Source: Gammaproteobacteria bacterium
GTDB taxonomy: Bacteria; Pseudomonadota; Gammaproteobacteria; Poriferisulfidales; Poriferisulfidaceae
DNA: 62,014 nt
Assembly: GCA_026713705.1 (NCBI GenBank)
Contig: JAPONY010000051.1
Coordinates: 1-62,014 of the forward strand
Direction of reading: 5' to 3'
Shown here: positions 46,214 through 54,567 of the stretch, in pieces
Layout: each line of letters starts with the position of its first letter
Position numbering within the stretch: the first letter of the stretch is position 1
Notes under the pieces: model-generated
Seen by the model: the letters and a program-made list of their open reading frames with translations, nothing else
Told to the model about the DNA's origin: nothing
The model's database searches: none
Position numbers and translations under genes: made by a program

Positions 46214-49200
46214 ATTGCAGCACGCATGTTGGCCTGCGCCAACACTTCGATTGAATCATTAATTTCAGATACCTCTTCGACCATGCGATAACACCATCTA
46301 CCATGACGATCATCCGCATTGACAGCTCCAACCCAACGTTCTGCAGCTGCCCTCTTGATCTCTTTCAAGTCATCATAAAACAACTTAGTCTCCAAAATTA
46401 GAATCAATTCTGCATCAGTACACTTCAGCCGAACTAAGAAATCTGGAATGTAGTCATGCATTTCGCCGTTGTGAAAATAAGGAATGCCGAAGCCCATCCC
46501 CTCATTCTTAGCGAATGCCAAAACCTTGGGGTGGTTATCCAAACAGTAGGCCGCTTTCCGTTCAAGCCCGCTGTCCGGCACCACCGCATTGATGTGACTC
46601 TTGAGTACAGGATAAGGCTCCCGTTTGGAGTAGAAATCGACATCGCCCGTTGATCCCATTTCACGCTGCCGCTCACAGCGCGGCAACTCAGGAATATCTC
46701 CGGCAGACGCATCCGGCTTAATGTATTGACACAAAGTTTCAACAATCCATCCATAGTAAGGGGCAAGGAAAACATCTTTTTTATCAGAAGGATGAGAGGC
46801 AGTGACTTTCCGTTCAATGTACGCGCACACTATTGGGAACAATTGCTGGAACAGAATGTTTGGAGGCAATTGGCAGCTAGCCTCTTCCGCATAGAACTTG
46901 GCTAGGGTTCCGGTGAGCTCATAGGCTCTTTGCTGCAGGCGGGTTTGACGAAAGCTTTTTAGATCTACTCCGCGCAATTCCCCGGGTCCGCTGATCGAGG
47001 GGATTCCCGAATTGGATGGCAGGCCGGCTTTCATCTGTACCTCTGGCGGGATTTTCTCGGCATTGATACACACGGGGGGTATCTTCTTCATATCGCAACT
47101 TAGCCCAATTCTTATGCTTTGGTAATACCCTTCCACACGCGGAAAACTGATTGCCAGGTCTTGTCTGTCTGGTAGGGCATGGATGTGGTGCCGTGCAACT
47201 TTCTTCGGAGAGTCCCCTCCTTTTTTCACTTTGACCGTAAAGGCAGATAGCGGAACACCCAGTACTGTCGCGATTTCCTCGGGCAAGTGTCCGTTTTTGC
47301 CTATTTCGTAGGAAGTGCGCCGCAAGCCCCGTCCAATCACCTGTTCGCATAGCAACTGCGACATGAATGGGCGCAATCCGATTATGTGCGTCACCGTATT
47401 GCAATCCCAACCTTCGGTCAGCATCCCAACACTCACGATGCAACGGACGTCACGGCCTGGCGGATATTTCTCACGCCCCAGTTTGTCGGCCAATTCCACG
47501 AAACCCTCAGGGTATTGCTCTCTGCCTTGCCTGTCACGAGGCCAATTACCTCGGCCAATCGTGTCGAGCGTGTGCCGCATCCAACGGGTCTCGTCGGTTC
47601 TCGCGACGCCACTCTCAATCTCCACCTGCATATCCGAGTACACGCAGATGGTGTTTTCTTGATTCAGAGCATTCTTAAGTTCGGGCAGGCCAGCCCGTGG
47701 GATGGTCGGCGTTGGAGGCTGATCTTCGGCAATCCAGTCATACACGATGTTTGCCAGTTTTTTCGTCTTGCAGATGACGATCAGAACCGGCTGGTACGAA
47801 TCTTCCAGTTGACCCAGTTCCTGATGCAGGTCCTGCCACATGCCTCCCATCATGGCGATTGGAGTATGAGCGTATTTGAGGGTTGCTTCCGGCTTAGCGC
47901 CTGCCTTCTTCCCCCCACGCTCGGTCGCCGTGAGCTTTGGCAGTATCCATTTCCAGATGTTGAAATAACCAGGCACGGTGGCTCCGCTGGAGTCGCGTGC
48001 CGCAAGTTGCGGGATTTTCACCAGGCCAGATTCGATGGCGTCCTGCAAACCGAAGCTGCTCGCAGTCCATGGAAATATGCGGTTGGTGTTCGCACCTGCC
48101 TGACCCAAAAAGTACGGTGTAGCAGAAAAGTCCACGCAGAAATTTATGCCACGTAGATTATTGATCTTATCCAGCCCATCTACCCAGGTGGTCGCCTCTC
48201 TATAGTAGTACTCGGCGGCCTCGTCCTCTTCGTCGATAATGCCGTTACCTTCTCCAGAGGACTGTAGTCGGTAGGCATGGTGCGCCTCGTCATTGAGCAC
48301 GAGAATGTTCTTCTTGGAGCCGAGTTCCTTCTCCAATACGCGCCTCACCAAGGCGGCATCAGTTTCCATGTATTTCTCCGATTCAACCTCGACTTTTTTC
48401 AAACTGCCGCTTGAGTCGCGATGTTCGTTCCGCACTCGCAGCAGATTCAGCGCCTGTTGCTGGCGAAGGTGGTCCTCAGTCATGTATCGTTTGCCACGTG
48501 CCGTCATGGCCTTGTCGCCAATGAAAACAGTTTCCTTTACGAGAACGCGCTGACCCGCCTTGACCACCTTGCTGCCCCCCTGAGTGCTACGTGGCTCGAA
48601 TATGTGCCAGTTGGTAGTAAAAAATTTCCCTTTCGTCAAATCAGCCATCATGGCTGGTGGAACCAAGTCTCGGGTTTGGTAGATGCTCGCGTCTCCCCTT
48701 TGCGGGTTCAATTCTGCCAAGCGATCTCGGATAGTTACATTCGGACACACTACCAGGATGGCATCCGAAAACCTCGTGTCACCCTTGTTTGCCACCTTGT
48801 TCAATATGCTCCATGCCGTCAGCATGGCCATCACCGTAGTCTTGCCTGTGCCTGTGGCCATCTGGCAACAATACCTTTTGAAAGCCTTGAATCCGTCCCG
48901 CTGTTTTTTCTCCCCCATCTCCTCAAGCGGAATGTTGATGCCCTGCTGAAAATCCAGTCTGGCCTCGGTCAAGAAGATGATGGCTTCGGCCGCTTCCAGT
49001 TGGGCGAAGAACAACGGCTGCTCACGCCCTTCGCGCCGCCAGTATTTCAGCAGGTCCATGGTCGTGCGGCTCACCCCCCCCTCACCCTGCAGGGCATGGG
49101 GGCGCCAGTCAGCCAATCGTTGCCGAATCAGGGCGACTTGCTCTAATTTTATTTCATAACCGACATCCTGTTCCTCGTCGTCGTCTGCCACTTTTCCAGT

Positions 49201-49335
49201 CGGCAGGTACATGTAGGTCGGTTCGCGCCGGCTGTTGATTAACTCTGGTGGCTCGTGTTCATGGATTTTCCAATGCCGCGAGGGCTCTTCGTAGGGAGAG
49301 CTGATAATCGGCTCATTGACTTCGTGTGCAGGCAT
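46210..49335 (-). CDS. Type III-like restriction Res subunit (SF2 helicase plus nuclease; BPTD_3080-like)
   Basis: SPYEEP.RHW, MATGTGKT, NDEAHH, SATP, LTEGWD and QVIGRGLRR motifs; C-terminal PDF...ETK. Confidence 0.88.
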   Translation of the reverse strand: MPAHEVNEPIISSPYEEPSRHWKIHEHEPPELINSRREPTYMYLPTGKVADDDEEQDVGYEIKLEQVALIRQRLADWRPHALQGEGGVSRTTMDLLKYWRREGREQPLFFAQLEAAEAIIFLTEARLDFQQGINIPLEEMGEKKQRDGFKAFKRYCCQMATGTGKTTVMAMLTAWSILNKVANKGDTRFSDAILVVCPNVTIRDRLAELNPQRGDASIYQTRDLVPPAMMADLTKGKFFTTNWHIFEPRSTQGGSKVVKAGQRVLVKETVFIGDKAMTARGKRYMTEDHLRQQQALNLLRVRNEHRDSSGSLKKVEVESEKYMETDAALVRRVLEKELGSKKNILVLNDEAHHAYRLQSSGEGNGIIDEEDEAAEYYYREATTWVDGLDKINNLRGINFCVDFSATPYFLGQAGANTNRIFPWTASSFGLQDAIESGLVKIPQLAARDSSGATVPGYFNIWKWILPKLTATERGGKKAGAKPEATLKYAHTPIAMMGGMWQDLHQELGQLEDSYQPVLIVICKTKKLANIVYDWIAEDQPPTPTIPRAGLPELKNALNQENTICVYSDMQVEIESGVARTDETRWMRHTLDTIGRGNWPRDRQGREQYPEGFVELADKLGREKYPPGRDVRCIVSVGMLTEGWDCNTVTHIIGLRPFMSQLLCEQVIGRGLRRTSYEIGKNGHLPEEIATVLGVPLSAFTVKVKKGGDSPKKVARHHIHALPDRQDLAISFPRVEGYYQSIRIGLSCDMKKIPPVCINAEKIPPEVQMKAGLPSNSGIPSISGPGELRGVDLKSFRQTRLQQRAYELTGTLAKFYAEEASCQLPPNILFQQLFPIVCAYIERKVTASHPSDKKDVFLAPYYGWIVETLCQYIKPDASAGDIPELPRCERQREMGSTGDVDFYSKREPYPVLKSHINAVVPDSGLERKAAYCLDNHPKVLAFAKNEGMGFGIPYFHNGEMHDYIPDFLVRLKCTDAELILILETKLFYDDLKEIKRAAAERWVGAVNADDRHGRWCYRMVEEVSEINDSIEVLAQANMRAAI

Positions 49336-50993
49336 TACAGGTTGAAATGGTCCGCGACAGTATCCAGGGTCTCAATCACATTGGGATGGATTTCATCAGG
49401 CAGCATGGCCGAGGCAATCTCATCGTAGCGGGTGTAGGAAAAACCATGCAGCCCGGCCCGATCAAGAACAAGCGGCAGAATGTCGCGGCGGGCCTTCAGG
49501 GCTACCAGCGTAGCGTGATCGCCCAGAGGGTCATTGATCGCACTTTCGGGCAGGATGCCCTCCAAGGCTTTCTTCATGGATTGAATGGAGGCCAGGGGTG
49601 AATTCTCGCCCGCTGCCATCCCCACAAATCGAGCAAGAGAGTCAGGGTGCACCAAATAACTCTCAATTTCGTAACGAGCCCAGCACAATTTCAGAAGATT
49701 GCCTCCAGCCGCCTCCTGTCGGGCTGGAATGTTTTCATTACCATCCCGGTCAACGACCTGCACTCCTCGCATTCCCTCCTGAACCAGTAAAAGTGCATCG
49801 AAATGCTCTTGAGCCTTAATCCCTTTCCCTTGGCTTCGCATTTCAAACACCACCGGCTTCCAAAACGGTCGTTGCAGGAAATCCGCCAGTGGATGTTCTA
49901 GGGACGACGCCCATTCCATCAGGATGTTCAGGTCGGTCCGCCCTTCGACATAGAGGATTCGCTCTTTTTCCTGAGCCAGCAAAATATCCGTATTCGAAAG
50001 AATGGAAAGCGAGCGAATCAGTGACGACTTACCATCTTCGCTTGCCAATTTTCGAGGGTGCCCCAGCATAGCAAGCAGGTCTCTTGGCTCAACCGCATTG
50101 ATGACCGCGTCGGAGTGAGTGGCGATGATAAGTTGGGAATTGGATTTCCGCGCGATTTTCTTCAACTGTCCATATATTGTGTCCTGCAGAATCACATGCA
50201 GGTGCGCATCCGGCTCATCCAATAACAGGACACTACCCTTTTGCTGAATCAGAAAAGTCAGCAAAAGCAGTGCCTGAAGAAACCCGCTGCCTGCCGAATT
50301 GATGTCAAGCCTAACTCCATCGGGACTCTGCCGGTACTCGGCAAGGATATGCGCACCAGTATCATCCGGCGGCAGCAACTCGTAACCGAACATGCGCTCA
50401 ATTAAGCCTGTCAGACAATCCCATGCGTCTTGGTCGCTGCTGATTTCGGCTAAGAGGTTGCGCAAAACATCGCCGGATTTCCCTTGCCCTAGCAATTGGT
50501 TGATTTTCGGCCTCTGGTATACAGGCTCATCGACCCCTAGACCACTCACGGAGGGAACAAAAAACACCTGGTAAGAATCCTTCGCTTTCTTGAGAATTTC
50601 AAGTGTCACATCCTTGGACGGTCGGACATACACCTGTTCACTGCTGTCTCTCTCCACCTCTATGCAGATTGACCCCATATCGGTCGTAATGCCTAGTTCG
50701 ATCCTGTTCTGACCATTAAATTTCCCATCACTCCACAGTAGGTCAAAGTTCCGCAACGGGACGGAATAAAATGTCTGCCGCGTGACGGGAGCCTTGGCGT
50801 AGAAGCCTCCATGTTTCTGGAAATCGTTCAGTTCAAACCAACGCTCCAGCGCCAGCGACCATGTCGCGATGGCCTGAAGCAAAGTCGTTTTTCCGGAGTT
50901 GTTGGGTCCGGCAACAGCAAGATTACCTTCAAGATCAAATCTTTCCTCATGGAAACACTTGAAATTTCGAATGACGGCTTGGGTGATTTTCAT
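49335..50993 (-). CDS. ABC-type (AAA_15/21-like) ATPase fused to a TOPRIM domain (OLD/PARIS-like)
   Basis: Walker A GPNNSGKT, signature SAGSG, Walker B LLLDEPDAHLH, ATHS; TOPRIM motifs YVEGRTD, DRD and RYEIESYL. Confidence 0.8.
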   Translation of the reverse strand: MKITQAVIRNFKCFHEERFDLEGNLAVAGPNNSGKTTLLQAIATWSLALERWFELNDFQKHGGFYAKAPVTRQTFYSVPLRNFDLLWSDGKFNGQNRIELGITTDMGSICIEVERDSSEQVYVRPSKDVTLEILKKAKDSYQVFFVPSVSGLGVDEPVYQRPKINQLLGQGKSGDVLRNLLAEISSDQDAWDCLTGLIERMFGYELLPPDDTGAHILAEYRQSPDGVRLDINSAGSGFLQALLLLTFLIQQKGSVLLLDEPDAHLHVILQDTIYGQLKKIARKSNSQLIIATHSDAVINAVEPRDLLAMLGHPRKLASEDGKSSLIRSLSILSNTDILLAQEKERILYVEGRTDLNILMEWASSLEHPLADFLQRPFWKPVVFEMRSQGKGIKAQEHFDALLLVQEGMRGVQVVDRDGNENIPARQEAAGGNLLKLCWARYEIESYLVHPDSLARFVGMAAGENSPLASIQSMKKALEGILPESAINDPLGDHATLVALKARRDILPLVLDRAGLHGFSYTRYDEIASAMLPDEIHPNVIETLDTVADHFNL

Positions 50994-51292
50994 TGGGAAA
51001 TTTCTTTGCGGTGAAGTATTCCGTCCGGACTTTCTGCAGCATACTCTGATCCATCAACCTTTTCGCAAGACACCGTATCCGGATTCTTCCACGGACTCAC
51101 CACAACATCCCGACCTAGACTTTGAGGTGTCGCAATATGGAATTCGTTTGATGCGATTTGACGTGCTTTGTTCTCATCGCTCGCCCGCACGATTAATTCC
51201 CCCTTGAATGTACTTGCGTTCCAATTCCTGCTCGCAGGGTCGATAGGCATCAACCTCCAGATGAATTTATCCTGCGCTATTTGCTGTGCCAT
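50990..51292 (-). CDS. Small hypothetical protein (~100 aa) inside the R-M operon
   Basis: Strong RBS AAGGAGG before ATG 51292; stop overlaps the ATPase start (ATGA). Confidence 0.7.
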   Translation of the reverse strand: MAQQIAQDKFIWRLMPIDPASRNWNASTFKGELIVRASDENKARQIASNEFHIATPQSLGRDVVVSPWKNPDTVSCEKVDGSEYAAESPDGILHRKEISQ

Positions 51293-51314
51293 CTGCCTGC
51301 CTCCTTCCAACTGC

Positions 51315-53999
51315 CTATTTTGCAGTAACCTTTTTGATCACCATCAGCTCATTCCCCCGGTCGTCGATCACCTTGACTGCGACCTGCTCCCCAGCAATAA
51401 ATGGAGCACTGACAGACCCCCGTAAGTGATCCCAAACAGTGTCGTCAAAATCTGCTTTCACTGCCTTGCGGATTTTCTCCCACGCGCCCGTACGCGGAAA
51501 AAACACCTGCCCGGCACGGAAACATTGCCCATCGTAGTCGGGATCCAGCATCCAGCAAGGCACATCGTCGCCTTGTCGTGAATCGACTTCCATGTTCGCT
51601 GGATCAAAAACGTCCAGCCCCAGCAACTCCACTTGCCATAGCTGATCTCCCTCCTCTGTCTTTTCGTCCACCTTCCTCAGTTCAATGTCGGGCAACCCGC
51701 ATACTGAGAAAATTTGACTGGAACGCATGTTCTTTAGGAGATCGGACATCACCACATCGGTGCTGGCTTGAACATACGTGGATGGTAAATCGAGACTTTC
51801 CTCACTGTGTTCAATGGTTTCGCGGGCGGCAGGCTCTATCGCAAATGCGATCACCAGCAATTGGGCGTAATCTTTATTGCGCGCCTCTCGTCCAGCATCC
51901 ACCACCGACCGCTCACTAATAGCCCCGTTGGCAGGGCCGAAAACAATAGCGAGCAATTGGCTGTCGTCGGCAGATTCGGCTTCGGCATGCAGATTCAAGG
52001 ATTTTGCGGGCGGGCGGATGTTTTTTATCTTGAAAGTCTTATTGTCCGGCAAGCGTATGGTTGGCACCAGTCTCAATATCTCGATCATTCGCTCGATATG
52101 ATCTCTTTCGCCCTCTACATCCACTCTGTTACCAGTCTGCTGTGGTTCGACGCCCTCTACTTCATCCTTCGATGCGACATCAGGCGCAACAGGTATCGGC
52201 AAAACAGCTTCCACGCAAAAAGGACCGCTAATTCGGGTCACTTTCCGATCAACTTCCGGTTGGTCCACCAGAACTTCCTCGACTGGAGGCTCATCGTTAG
52301 CAATGGATTTCAGCGTGATGCGTGGCACAATGCCCCCCACCTCTTCGCCTTTTGCGTTTTTCTTTCGTATGTACACGAAACCAGCGCCAGGCCCGCGCTG
52401 TCCATCCTTCAGCTGATAGTAGGGATACGTGGCGGTCAGCAGGCGCTGGCGAGTCAGAGCTAACGGAACTCGGGAAATGTCGCTGGTAATCCAGCGCCGC
52501 CCCCATTTTTCCGCCACAAAAGCGCTGGTGCCTCCACCGCAAGTGGGATCAAAAATAAGGTCCCCTGGGTCAGTGGTCATCAGCAAGCATCTCTGAATGA
52601 CCTTAGCGGATGTTTCGACAACATATTGTTTGTCGCTCGCATATCCTGCGATTCCCGTGTCCGGCCACATGTTGTTAATTTTTTTGCAGGGAAAGTCGTG
52701 CAGATAGCGGATATATCCAAGATTTTTTCCGACAATGCCAATCCGCCTTGCTGCAATCAGTTTGTCCATGCCTAATCGACCGGTTTTCCAACTGCCTTTA
52801 GAAATCTCGAACGTCCGCCCTTCAAACTCAATGGAATATTGTCCCCCTTTTGATGCGGTCTGGCTTCGCAAGTCGCCGTATCTGAACACCCGACACTCAT
52901 CGGGCAATGCCTTTCGCCCTTCTCTTTCTTCTTTCGTCATAGCGCGGCGAGTACCGTCCTGTAATTCAACGTGTCTATACGCGCCATCTGGTTCCATAGC
53001 CTTTCTCAACCAGATCTTTCGAGTCTTGACTTTATCTATATCTTTCGCAAACCAAACGAGATAATCCCCGGTGGTTTCCAAGTTCTTGTTGCCTAAACCT
53101 GAAGTGGTCGCATAGCTGATTAAACTGACGAAATTCTCCCGACCGAATACCTCATCCATGATGTTGCGGACGAGATGCACATTCTCGTCTGAAATCTGGA
53201 CAAAACAGGAGCCAGACTCTGTTAGCAGGTCCCTCGCTAAAAACAGACGGTCCCTCATATAAGTTAGCCAAGAATGCGTGCCTAACTCCCATGTATCCCG
53301 GTATGCCTGAACCATTTCCGGTTCGCGGCTGATGTTGTCGTCATCCCCGTCCTTTACTTCCCGATTTCGAACAAACGGCTGGAAATTACTTCCGTACTTC
53401 ACTCCGTAGGGCGGGTCCATGTAGACCATCTGCACCTGCCCTCCCATATTTTCATACTCCAAGAGTGAATTCATTATCTGGAGGGAGTCTCCGAGAATCA
53501 ACCGATTCTGCCAGCCGTTCATGTGCTCGTATGCGCCGCGGATTTTCTCGCCGATGGACTTCTCCCCTTCCCCAAACAGATCCAGCGTCTGCTGCCGGTC
53601 TCGCTTATGCCGCTTCAAAGTTTTGAGGACAGCCTCCGTGGAAAGTCGCTCATGCACGAAGAGAGGCAAGGTCGGGACGGAAATCTTTTCGCGCTCAGCC
53701 TTGCCCGCCCAATCCAAGAACGGTCGCGACATGTTTTTCAGTTTCTCTGCGGCTCGCCTAGCCTCGTTCAAACTATCGCTGTCGATAATCTCGCCTATGA
53801 GCCGCTCACCCTCGCTTCGAGCCTGCGCCTCATCCCAAGCAAGCGTTGGAGCTAATGAAGAATCGTAACGATACGATTTCGGTCCCTTTTTCTTCGAAGA
53901 CGGGAACATATCCTGAGAACCGCCCTCCGGCCTCAGTAAGGCTTTCTTGTCGCCATGACGATAGTCGCGTGGCGGCGGCTTCGGGGTTGACCTAGGCAT
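51315..53999 (-). CDS. Type III-like Mod DNA methyltransferase (beta order)
   Basis: NRLILGDSL, motif IV DPPY preceding motif I DPTCGGGT; C-terminal VKVIDDRGNE. Confidence 0.92.
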   Translation of the reverse strand: MPRSTPKPPPRDYRHGDKKALLRPEGGSQDMFPSSKKKGPKSYRYDSSLAPTLAWDEAQARSEGERLIGEIIDSDSLNEARRAAEKLKNMSRPFLDWAGKAEREKISVPTLPLFVHERLSTEAVLKTLKRHKRDRQQTLDLFGEGEKSIGEKIRGAYEHMNGWQNRLILGDSLQIMNSLLEYENMGGQVQMVYMDPPYGVKYGSNFQPFVRNREVKDGDDDNISREPEMVQAYRDTWELGTHSWLTYMRDRLFLARDLLTESGSCFVQISDENVHLVRNIMDEVFGRENFVSLISYATTSGLGNKNLETTGDYLVWFAKDIDKVKTRKIWLRKAMEPDGAYRHVELQDGTRRAMTKEEREGRKALPDECRVFRYGDLRSQTASKGGQYSIEFEGRTFEISKGSWKTGRLGMDKLIAARRIGIVGKNLGYIRYLHDFPCKKINNMWPDTGIAGYASDKQYVVETSAKVIQRCLLMTTDPGDLIFDPTCGGGTSAFVAEKWGRRWITSDISRVPLALTRQRLLTATYPYYQLKDGQRGPGAGFVYIRKKNAKGEEVGGIVPRITLKSIANDEPPVEEVLVDQPEVDRKVTRISGPFCVEAVLPIPVAPDVASKDEVEGVEPQQTGNRVDVEGERDHIERMIEILRLVPTIRLPDNKTFKIKNIRPPAKSLNLHAEAESADDSQLLAIVFGPANGAISERSVVDAGREARNKDYAQLLVIAFAIEPAARETIEHSEESLDLPSTYVQASTDVVMSDLLKNMRSSQIFSVCGLPDIELRKVDEKTEEGDQLWQVELLGLDVFDPANMEVDSRQGDDVPCWMLDPDYDGQCFRAGQVFFPRTGAWEKIRKAVKADFDDTVWDHLRGSVSAPFIAGEQVAVKVIDDRGNELMVIKKVTAK

Positions 54000-54102
54000 G
54001 CACTGCATTTTACGATACCCTGTGGAAACAATCACAAGTTCACTTCTCTGACCACTGGATGCCGAAATATCGGAAATACTCCTTGTTTCGACCCAGAATC
54101 AA

Positions 54103-54333
54103 ATGACCCTGCTAGCCACAGTCCGCAAGCATCTTGGAATCAAAGGCGGCGATGTCATGCTGCTGAATGGCCATGGTGGAGAAATAACCCTAAGGTCCGG
54201 TATAACCATTGAAATCCAGCACTACAGCGACGAACAAATTGCGCAATGGGACGCCAATGACCAACTGGAACCACAGGAGAAAGCCCGCATACTAGACACT
54301 GTATCCCGTCTCAAGAGTAAAACGGTTTCCTAA
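54103..54333 (+). pseudogene. AbrB/MazE-like antitoxin, probably degenerate
   Basis: QMTLLATVRKHLGIKGGD resembles GQ.TLP..R..LGI..GD; similarity appears to extend upstream (EILLVSTQNQ) without a start codon. Confidence 0.6.
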
Positions 54334-54425
54334 CCCCTGACACCATTCACTGCCGCACACAACCCGAAGCGTATGGAATCCTGGTCACGACCGTTGCGGC
54401 ATTTCTGAAGTCGCTCTCGGAATGA
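54320..54425 (+). pseudogene. Remnant of a PIN-domain toxin with an internal deletion
   Basis: FTAAHNPK (54346-54369; PIN N-terminus-like) joined out of frame to YGILVTTVAAFLKSLSE* (C-terminus-like). Confidence 0.5.
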
Positions 54426-54567
54426 CCGAATGCAACCTCTTGATCCCCACTTCGGCTTGCGCGCACAATGCTAGAATCCAAACTTCACGAAAGTTTCTAG
54501 CTTTGACTAGGAGCGATCAGCGCGTCATGATCTTGGCATCCGAACCGCGAGGCGCATTCTCGAGGCA

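Noticed and set aside
49335-50993. Call as Gabija GajA
   Set aside because: No UvrD-like GajB partner; the adjacent helicase is a Res-type SF2 protein.
44716-54500. Defence operon as an intact integrative element
   Set aside because: No integrase, transposase or flanking direct repeats identified by eye.
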